In this document: one piece after another, positions 1 to 10,200 of the stretch
How the letters are laid out: each line of letters opens with the position of its first letter
Numbering within the stretch: the stretch's first letter is position 1
NCBI RefSeq assembly: GCF_030144855.1
Contig: NC_082710.1
Span: forward strand, 149,420,001 to 149,484,000
Length of the DNA stretch: 64,000 bases
Direction of reading: 5' to 3'
From: Hypanus sabinus
Lineage: Eukaryota
Position numbers and translations under genes: made by a program
Notes under the pieces: generated by a model
Databases searched by the model: none
What the model was told of the DNA's origin: nothing
The model's input: the letters and a program-made list of their open reading frames with translations, nothing else

Positions 1-89
1 TAAGTACCATTACAAATGAAGTATAGCACCACCTCTACTTTCTTAGAAGTTTGCAAAGATTCGTCATGTCGTCTTAAACTTGGACAGAT

Positions 90-722
90 TTCTGTAGATG
101 TGCGGCAGAGAGTATGTTGACTGGTGTTATCGCAGCCTAGTATGGAAATACCAATACTTTGAACAGAAGAGACTACAGAAATGGTGGATATGGCGCAGTC
201 TAAAAGGGGTAAAGCCCTCCCATTGATCACATCAACATGGAGTGCTGTTACAGGAAAGCAGCATCCATCGGGAAGGACCCTCACCATCCAGTCCATGCTC
301 TCTTCTTGCTGCTGCCATCAGAAAGGAGGGACAGAAGCCTCAGGGCCCACATCACCAGATTCAGGAACAGTTATTTCCCCTCAACTATCAGGCTCCCAAA
401 CCAGTGGGCATAACTTCACTCAACCTCATTCACCCCCTTAACTGAACATCTCCCACAACCGATGGACTATGCTCAGGGACTCTTCGTCTCATGCTCTTGA
501 TATTTATTGTTTATTATTATTATTATTATTATTATTTTATTTTTCTCTTTTTGTATTTGCACAGTCTGTTGTCTTATGCATATTGATTGTTTGTCCTTGT
601 CGTTGGGTCTGGTTTTTCATTGATTCTACTGAGTTTCCTTGTATTTGCTGAAAATGCCCACAAGAAAATGAATCTCAGGGTTGTACATGGAGATATAAAT
701 TTACTTTGAATTTCGAACTTTT
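90..722 (+). mobile_element. Rex1/Babar-like non-LTR retrotransposon 3' fragment
   Basis: Contains the ctgccatcag...ttcaggaacagttatt..ccctcaac.atcaggctc segment also found at 18160-18250 behind a Rex1-type RT. Includes a (tta)n run at about 511-532. Confidence 0.6.
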
Positions 723-946
723 GGAGGAATGAATAAATCAGATGGAAGATTGAGTGGCGCTGAGGCAGATAGAATTTGATCGAATTAATTATGCACTGTG
801 GGATGCCAGATTCTGTTAGCAGGTAGGGAGTTAATGGTCCAGGTGGATCTCCGCCGTGGACTAAGAGCATGAAAGTTTCTGTCAATGCGATCTTCTCTCA
901 TTCTACCATTCCCGGCAACAAATGGAGCGAATTAGAGCTCTAGCCC

Positions 947-1113
947 GAAATGAAAGATTTCCAAGCGATTCGAATTTCGCAGACTTGCTCCGCCTAGAGA
1001 CTAATGACGCAAACAGGTATGAAGAGCAGGTACGAATCATGATTGGGGTACGTTAACGCGCCGACCAATGGCGTTAATGCAGAGCGGGGATGAGCCCGCC
1101 CGACGCCGGGCGG
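947..1113 (+). promoter_or_regulatory. MHC-I proximal promoter: IRF/ISRE-like site, X1-X2, Y box, CCAAT box, GC boxes
   Basis: GAAATGAAAG 947-956, CCTAGAGAC 993-1001 (X1-like), TGACGCA 1005-1011 (X2/CRE), ATTGG 1042-1046, CCAAT 1065-1069, CCCGCCC and GGGCGG about 1094-1113. This is the same order as in HLA class I promoters, in a CpG-rich context. Confidence 0.75.
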
Positions 1114-1199
1114 AATAGGAAGATTTTTGGCAGCCGTGAGCCGAGTTGGATTGCACCGTGCGCTGGTGGAGGACTGGGAAACTTGAGACAGCGCTGACA

Positions 1200-1211
1200 A
1201 TGATAGAGTAA
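1200..1211 (+). promoter_or_regulatory. Three-codon upstream ORF (ATG ATA GAG TAA) ending 2 nt before the MHC-I start
   Basis: Read directly from the sequence, with A at -3. Relevant only if transcription starts upstream of 1200. Confidence 0.5.
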
Positions 1212-1213
1212 CG

Positions 1214-1262
1214 ATGCCGCGTGTACTACTGCTGGCACTCCTTTGTGGAGGGGTCTCCGCAG
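1214..1262 (+). CDS. MHC-I exon 1: signal peptide MPRVLLLALLCGGVSA
   Basis: ATG at 1214, hydrophobic core, small-residue cleavage site (VSA), donor G|gtgggt at 1262/1263. The phase-1 G completes GGC (Gly1) with exon 2. Confidence 0.9.
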
Positions 1263-4200
1263 GTGGGTGAGAAGTCAATGGGACACCCAGATCCTGGTCA
1301 GTGACAGGCTGGACACAGGGTAACATACCCCCAGATAGGGGTTGAGCAGCTGGGAAGACGGTAACAGGCCCTGATCTGACCGCTCATACTGAGCTCAGTG
1401 GGTATCAGCTAGGGGGTGGGGGGGGGGGGGAGTTGGTGGTAGGCTGTTGGAATCCAGAAACTGCGCACGGGGTGAAGAGGGCGGGGAGAGATGACATAAC
1501 CTCGGCACTTTCACTGACCTGGGCCTGAAGTGTGTCACTGAACAAGTGGACAGTGGGACACCAGGGATCCGGTTAGCACTGGGGTTTGCGGAGTGGCACA
1601 GGAAGAGACCATTCGGTCCTCTCTACAGTGCTATGCAAATTTCTTAGGGACATATCTACAGCTGGGATGCCCAAGATTTTTGCACAGTTCTCTACTTGTT
1701 TAAGTGGAGTGGAGAGCGAGTTTGTCAATCTGGCGAGAGCAGAGGATGTTGGGAATGACGAGGGTGGAGCGCCGCGGGAGGGGTATGGGACAGGTGGCAG
1801 AGAAGGAGAGCCAGGGGCGGTGGGTGGTGCAAGTACAGACACACCCCCATTTGATTCCAAACAACTGGTTTTTTGATCACTACAGAATGTTTTTCTTTCT
1901 TCCTGCTCCCGCCGCTCTTCCTGCACCTTTCACACTCTTAGTCCCATATCAGAATCAGGTTTATAATCACTCACATATGTCGTGAAATTTGTTTTTTCCT
2001 GCGGCAACAGTACAGTGCAATGCGTAAAATCACTACAGTCAGGTGCAAAACTCCGAGGCACCCCAGCCATGTCAAGACTTTCGCACTGAACTGTGTTTGT
2101 GCCGGAGCTCTGTGGCCTCCGGCCACGTTAATGACTGAGACAGGAGCGCGCAGGGGGCACTTGCACATCTTGGATGGCCAGAGGACAGCGAGAGGGGTCT
2201 GACCGGACAGTGTAAAGCAGCTTAAGTGGGGTACAGGACGCATCTTGGCAGAGAGGAGAGAGGTTAAATGGTGGAACTGAGGTTGTTCAGACCAGAGGGA
2301 GCAGGGTGTAAGTTGACAAAGTCCCGGTAGGTCAGGGCCTGTTACGGGCAGTAGAGTGGAACAGGGTAAAAGATCATGGTGAAACAATGGCCAGGACTCA
2401 AGTGGAACTGTGCCCAGACCTTGGAATGATGGAGACAGTGTGTGGGGGTGTGGGATGCTCCCAGGGATTTCAGCTGCAGGGTCGGGTGGGGATACCGGGA
2501 TGGTTTTCCCAGTCAGTGTTAGTTGGGTAGAAAGACATCAAAGTTTGGGAGGTCAGTGACTCTCCCAAGTGGACCAGAGCAGCTGGTAGCCCACAGAAAT
2601 GGGGGAAGTGTCCAGGATGTTTGCAGATCATTGTCTCCAACCCCCATGGCTCCTGCAGAAACTCCCCCTGCACAGCTCCTGCCCCTGAAAAGACCCAATC
2701 TCCATAGAATCTAACCCCTGCCCACCTCCAACCTCTACAGGGAGCCACCTGCTGTCCCTGCAGAATCCACTACCTGCACAGCTCCCGCCCTTGTAGAGAT
2801 GCCAGACTCACAAAGACCACCTCCTGCCCCTGCAGAGATCCTTTTGCTTATCTGCTCGGGAACTCTTGGCTGCCTGTTAAGTTAGCTAACAAAGTACAGC
2901 GCTGAAATGAAGCCTTTGGCCCACTACAACTGTGCTGACCCATTTGTCCACATCATGCCTGTATCTTTCTATACATTACCTTTTTAAGTGTCTGTCTAAA
3001 TGCATCTGTAGTAGTCTGTAGTAGTAGTCTGCATCTGACTACACCACCCTCTTCTGGCAGAAAGTCTACATTAATGTAACCCCCTGGGTCGCCTCAGGCT
3101 CGCTCAGCTCGTTCTCGTCTAGGGGGAGCAGCCTTCGGCTCCGCCAAACTGGGTAATCAGCTGGTGTGGATGCTGTGTGATGTCCCCGCCTCGCCCAAAA
3201 ACCAGACAGTGCACCATAAGCGATTAAATGAGTACTATTTATAAAGGTTACTATAACTAAGTGATTAATAACGATACAGTATATATGAAGAGAAAAAATA
3301 AAGAAAAGGCGCCAAACTTATCAAAGTCCAAACCACTTAGTGCACAACCGTTGGAGCTCAATTACTGAAGTCTTATGGCCACCATTCGATCCCCTCCGAA
3401 CTCCTCGACTCGCAGCTCAGGACCCTCCGTGTGGTCAACCAAGCACATCTAGCTTCATCCCCCCCTCCTCGGAGTACCTCCCGGCCTCTTGGGGTCTGAT
3501 CCTCGCCCCGCTTACAGCATTGCATCCTCTCTCTCGACCCCCTCGCGCTGATCTGCCCAAAAGCCCGTCAACAACAGTTTACAGACTCAAAAAAGAACAT
3601 TAATCTCCATTTGGTTTACAAAGGAATACCATTCTCGTTATCAGTAAATTAGCATTCCTGCTAGTTAACAAAAGGAAACCCTTTCCCAACAGTAACAAAG
3701 AAAAAAGAAGAAACCCCCTTTACACTAATATAAGATTATTAGGGGATTGGACACGCTGGAGGCAGGAAGCATGTTCCCGCTGATGGGTGAGTCCAGAACT
3801 AGAGGCCACAGTTTAAGAATAAGGGTTAGGCCATTTAGAACAGAGATGCGGAAAAACTTTTTCACCCAGAGAGTGGTGGATATGTGGAATGCTCTGCCCC
3901 AGAAGGCAGTGGAGGCCAAGTCTCTGGATGCATTCAAGAGGGAGTTAGATAGAGCTCTTATAGATAGCGGGGTCAAGAGATATGGGGAGAGGGCAGGAAC
4001 GGGGTACTGATTGTGTATGATCAGCCATGATCACAGTGAATGGCGGTGCTGGCTAGAAGGGTCGAATGGCCTACTCCTGCACCTACTGTCTATTGTCTAT
4101 TGTCTCAGATATCAGCCACTCTTGCCCAATTCCATTATTTAATTCATGGCTGCATCCTCTACATCTTGATAGGGAAGGTTTGAATAAGCGTCAAACACAG

Positions 4201-7200
4201 GGAAATGGGTCTATCCATTGGGAATTTTTGTTGGCATGGACAAGTGGGGCCAACGGGCCTATTTCTGTAATGTGTTGCTCTATGACTCAAGGGACTTGCT
4301 TGATTCCAGTTTCCTACATGCGCCATATGCCAAGGGAAAGTTTTGAATGTCTTAGCCTGAAACATTGACTCTTTATTCCTTTTCATAGAAGCTCCCTGAC
4401 CTGCTGAGATCCTCTAGTATTTTTGTGTGCGTCACTCTGGACTTCCAGCGTCTTCAGAATCTCTTGTATAAGTTCTTGCCATATGCCATCTCTTTTCTAT
4501 CTGATCAAAACGTCTGTCCTTCCTCATCGAAGGTTGACTTGCCATCTTTGCCTTTCCTCTTTCCTCAATGGCCCTGAGCTAACTCCTTTTAAGAGCTTCC
4601 CAATTGTCAGCTTTTGTTTTACCTGCAAATATCTTCTCCCATCCTACCTTTGTCAAGTCTTTTCTTGCACTATTGAAATTACTTTTCCATCTGTTTAGGA
4701 TCGCAACTTGGGGACCTTTCCTATAATTACCTTGGAATTTACAGAATTATGTTCATTGTTCCCAAAGCATCCTCCCATCAACGCTTGCACCTCAGGCCTG
4801 ATTTCATTTCCTAGGGTAAGCTGATGTACAGCATAGTCTCTGGCAGTGCTCTCCATGTATTGTATGAATAAACTCTCTTGAATACACATAACAAGTTTCA
4901 TTCCATCTAAGTTCTTTGCATTGAGATGATCTCACTCAATATTGGGAATATAAAATCCCTACCACTAAACCTCTAACACATTTCTGCAACTCACATATCC
5001 GTCCTAATTCAAATTTATGGAAGAGAGGCCTCTCATGTAATTCTAGCAAACCGACCACCCCTCTCTTATTCCTAAATTCTACAGATATGGCTTCATTGGC
5101 AAATCTCTTCTGAACCTCCTCAATAGGCAGTTCAACCCTCCCCCTCATCTTTTTCATTCCACTGTCACATCTGAAACTTCTTTACTTGGGAACTGTCCTT
5201 TCCACAACCACGTTTCAATGATTGCAACAACTGTTACACTGCTACAGAGTTTCCCACTTCCAATCAACTTGGTTTCAGCCCTCTTGAGTAGTGTGAGCAG
5301 TACTGTCTGCAAGGATATTGGTCTTCCTCCAGTTTAGCTGTAACCTGACCTTCTGGTAAAGGTCCCAACTGCCCCGGAAGGAATGCCAGTTATCCAGATG
5401 CCTAAAGCCCTCCCTCCTGCACTAATTAATTCATGGTTTTGATGAGGAGGTACAGGGAATGGTTAATAGATGATACTAATGTAGCTAGTGCTGACGACTG
5501 TGAAGATCAGGATTTACAGAGAGATCTTGGATCAACTGATGAAGTGAGCCAAGGAATGGCAAATAGAGTTGAATTTGGATAAGTAAAAGGAATTGCATTT
5601 TGGAACATCAAATAGGGTAGGAAGTTCCATGGGGCATGTTGTAGAACAGAGGGATCTAGGAATACAACTACGTGGTTTCCTGAAAGTGGTGTCACAGAGG
5701 GGTGAAGGTGGCTTTTGAAACACTGGGCTTCATCAGTCCAGGGCAGGGTTATGTTATATTGCAGCCTCACCAACATATTGAACGACTGCATCTGGAATAT
5801 TGTGTTCAGTTTTAGTCACTATACAATAGGAAAGATGCCTTTATACTGGAAAGAGTTCAGAAGAGATTCATGAGGATGTTGCCAGGTCTCGAGGGTCTGA
5901 GTTATGGGAGAGAGACTGAGCAGGTTAAGGCTTATTTTCATTGGAGCGTAGGCAAATGAGGGGTGATCTTGTAGAGGTATATGAAGTCTTAAGGGGCACA
6001 GATAGAGTGAATGTCCAGTCTTTTTCCCACAATTAGAGAATCAAGAACTAGAGGATATGGAATGAAGAGATTTATTAGGAACCTGAAAGTGATCAGTACA
6101 TGTGGAATGAGCTGCCAGTAGAAGTGGCTGAGGCAAGTGTATTAATGACAATTAAACAGACTTGGACAGGTACGTGAATAGGAAAGGTTTAGAGGGATAA
6201 ATGGGACTGGCTTGGGCAGGATTCTGGTTGGTATGGACCAGTTGAGCTGAAGGGCCTGTTTTTCTGCTGTGACTGACTCTCCAGGTATACACTCACCTGT
6301 CCTGTCCTGATATCTACCCTCACAAGCACCTTGGACCAGGAGTAATCCTGAGATTACAGCCATAGAGTTCCTGCTATTTACCTTCTCCTATCTTCCTAAA
6401 TGTACTTTGCAGGAATTCACCCCTCTTTCTACCTAGAGCTTTAGTATCAACATATATAATTACCTCTAGCTTTGCTCTCTCCCCTTTCAGACCTTTCAGT
6501 ACGCAGTCTGAGAAATCACAGACCCTGGCACCAGGGTGGCAACACACCATCCTCGGGTCTCACTCTCAGTCACAAAACACCTTTACTTAACAAAATCTTG
6601 CCACTACTGTTCACTGTAACTTTTTCCACCAATGTCAGAACCAACAATGATTCCACAATCTCGGCTGCTGCCACTTTCCTCTGAGGTCTTTTCCCCAGCA
6701 GTGTCAGACATAGTTGAGAGGGCAGTGACCACAGGGGCTCCAAGTACTACTGGCCTGTCCTTATTGCCCTACCGAGTTGTCACCCACCTCCTCTTTCTGG
6801 ACCTGTGATGTTATCAACTCACTAACCAAACTTTCTATCAATTCTCTGCAGCCGGAATGCTTCAGAATGAGTCTGGGTGGTCTGCACCGAGCAGCAGCTG
6901 GACCCGCTTTCTGCAGGGATAGTCAGTGGGTTATGGAAAAGTCTCTGATCTCCATTGTCCTGCAGGAGGTGCAGACCACTGCCCTAGCCTCCATATCCTT
7001 TACCCCCAGTCCCTGCCACGTTGAGACAAAACACACAAAAACCTCAAAGTTTCAGAGGTTCATTTTGTTATCAAAGTACACAACTCTGAAATTCTTGAAT
7101 TCTCCGGGTAGCAATGAAACCAGAAAAGAAAAGAAAGGCAGCACGATCATCAACCCCCAAATCCCACCTCCCCACAAAAAAAACAAAAACAGAACAGGCA

Positions 7201-10200
7201 CTTCAACTCTCAAATCCCTCCTCCCACACAAAAAAACGACAGAAACAGATCAAGCACATCGACCCTCAAATCCCTCCTCGGGTACAAAAAATGAACAAAG
7301 CGGATCAGGCCCATCGACTCCCAATTCCTTCCTTCCGTACAAAAATAAACAGCAAAATGGATCAGGCATGTCGACCCTCAAATCCCTCCTCCCCCACAAA
7401 AAACTAGAAGATCAGTCTATGTCCAAAGTCCAAATCCAAAAAACACAGAAAACCTGGGCAATACTCTCGGGGCCGGACACGGCAGTAAGCCTTTCCCTCT
7501 CGGGTACGGAGCGACCGATCAAAAGACAGGCAGCCGGTGCTCACCCTCTGCTCTCGCTTCTATGCTTCAATTACCCTCATTGACCTCAGGGAGACAGAGA
7601 GTGATTTAACCCATCTGGCCCAGGTGAACATGTCGTGGTCCATGGACCCCACAGCACGGGTCATCTAGGAAACTGCAGCTGTGACCAGGAATATGGTCCA
7701 CCTTGTCTCCAGGTGGGACTCACATGTGGCTCAATGGGCGAGGGGTCAGTTGTGATGGAGACCATGATTTACTTGGGGGTTTGGAGTTGTCCCACGGGTC
7801 CCTCCCCACCGGTACTTGGGACCCTGATCATGGGGTTCGGGTCTTGAGGCCTCTCTGAATCTCTGCTCCAATTTCAGGCTCTCACTCTCTCCGTTATTTC
7901 TACATGGCGGTGACCCCGGGGTCGGGGGTCCCCGAGTTTGTGGTGGTCGGGTACGTGGACGAGGAGCAGATCATTTACCACGACAGTGTGCTGGGACGGA
8001 CGGTGCCCCGACAGGGGTGGATGGCGGAGAGCCAGGACCCCGACTACTGGGAGCGTGAGACACAGAACCTGCGGGGCAACAAGCCGGGGTTCAAGGCTGA
8101 CATCCAGACACTGCAGAAGCGAACCAACCAGACGGGGGGTGAGTGGGATACCACATGGGGGCAGAGTGGGTGTGGAGATGTGTCAGGTGGCAGATGAGCA
8201 AGGGAGGAACAGCACTTGTGGGAAAAGGGGGCAGTTTCCTCCCCAGCCCACACTGACGGATGGTGTGTTGCAGGAACACACACAATCCAGCTGATGTACG
8301 GCTGTGAGCTCCATGACGATGGGACCACCACCGGGTTCATGCAGTACAGCTGGGACGGGTCGGACCTGATCAGCTTCGACAAGGATCAGATGGTGTGGGT
8401 GACCCCTGTGCCCTGGGGTGTCCTTACCAAGGACAAGTGGGACCAGAACATGGCCAGGAACCAGCAGTTCAAGGGATACCTGGAGCAGACCTGCGTCGAG
8501 TGGCTGAAGAAGTACGTTCAAGATGGGGAGAGCCACCTAAAGCCCAGTAAGTGGTGGTGGCGTCCGCTGTGTGTCTGTGGTGGTGGCGTCCGCTGCGTGG
8601 CTGTGGTGGTGGCGTCCGCTGCGTGTCTGTGGGGTTGGCGTCCGCTGCGTGTCTGTGGTGGTGGCGTCCGCTGCGTGGCTGTGGTGGTGGCGTCTGCTGC
8701 GTGTCTGTGGGGTAGGGGTGTAATGGTGGGTTGGTGTCCGCTGTGTGTCTGTGGGGTTGGCGTCCGCTGCGTGTCTGTGGGGTTGGCGTCCGCTGCGTGT
8801 CTGTGGGGTAGGGGTGGAATGGTGGGTTGGCGTCCGCTGTGTGTCTGTGGGGTTGGTGTCTGTGGGGTAGGGGTGGAATGGTGGGTTGGCGTCCACTGCT
8901 TGTCTGTGGTGGTGGTGTCCGCTGTGTGTCTGTGGGGTAGGGGTGGAACGGTGGGTTGGTGTCCGCTGTGTGTCTGTGGGGTTGGCGTCTGCTGTGTGTC
9001 TGTGGGGTAGGGGTGGAACGGTGGGTTGGTGTCCGCTGTGTGTCTGTGGGGTTGGCGTCTGCTGCGTGTCTGAGGGGTAGGGGTGGAACGGTGGGTTGGC
9101 GTGTGCTGGGAGTTTTCAGTGTGTGTTATGCATGTGTTGGGGGTAGGGTCAGTATGTGAGTGGAAGGATCAGTGTTTTTACGTGGGTACCCCCCGCACTG
9201 TCTCCTCTCACCACAGATCCCCCCGAAGTCTCCTTCACCACCTCACTGGATAACCGCCACCTTTCCTGTGTGGCCACTGGCTTCTACCCCCCGTCCATTG
9301 ACATGACTATTCTACGCGACGGCCGGACCCTGGAGGAGACCCATTCCCACGGGATTCTCCCCAATCACGACAACACCTACCAGCTGACCAGGACGGTGCA
9401 GGTGGAAGGCATGGACACAGGAAAGTTCTCCTGTCGGGTGGAACACCGGGGTCTCCCCGAGCCCCTCGTCCTGTTCCTGGGTAAGATACACTCGCTGGTG
9501 GGGCGGTACAGAGGCAGGGAGAGAGAGGGAGCACTGGTGACCACTGGCCTTGGTGTGGATAGAGGGAGGGGGTCAGTGCTGCCTTGAATGGGATGAAAAG
9601 ACCGGGGAAGCCAGTCTCCCTCTGTTGGACAGAAGGGTGTAAGGTGGGGGAAATGTGGTGTGTAAACAGACAGGGAATCCCGGTCCCTGCACCTAACCTA
9701 CTGTTTCTCTGAATCTTGGCCAGTTCTGAAGTCCAGCTATATACCTCTCATGGTCATCGCTGCGCTCGTGGTCCTGGTGATCCTGATCGTCTTCGCTGAC
9801 GTTGTGGCTTATCACTTCTACAAGAAAAAAGGTAGGACTGGAGGGAGGTGTACTGTTCCCCAGGAGAAGTGAGCTTGGGCAGGACTATGTCCTCTCAGCA
9901 GCCACAACCCTAGCACTCCTGCCTCTCCACTCAAAAGGGTGCCCTGTCCTCAGACCCTCCCCTTCCTCTCCCATCCCGTGCCCATACTGTTGCCGACCAC
10001 CTTCCCTTTCGCCAATATAATGACATCCATGTTATCCCGATCAGTCTCTGCCACCCGGCTCTCCCTCTCCTTCCCCTGTTTGTCAGGTCGGTCAAATTGT
10101 TATCCATCTTCCCTCAGTTTTATAGAGAAGTACAGCATAGAAGACAGGCCCTTTGGCCCATCTAGTCTTTGCCGAACCATTTAAATTGCCCACTTCCATT

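Noticed and set aside
1412-1430. Poly-G runs (also about 22536, 23236 and 27061)
   Set aside because: Simple homopolymers of unreliable length, mostly inside TE purine tracts; no function can be supported.
6777-7583. 268-aa ORF in intron 1
   Set aside because: It runs across TE fragments and an A-rich minisatellite with few stops, and has no domain-like sequence.
8216-9010. 264-aa ORF with a long Cys/Val/Gly-rich tail
   Set aside because: It is the alpha2 exon read through its gtaagt donor into the intron 3 minisatellite; the CVCG repeats are translated VNTR.
9673-9681. NF-kB-like GGGAATCCC in intron 4
   Set aside because: It is a single 9-mer far from the promoter, expected by chance, with no conservation data.
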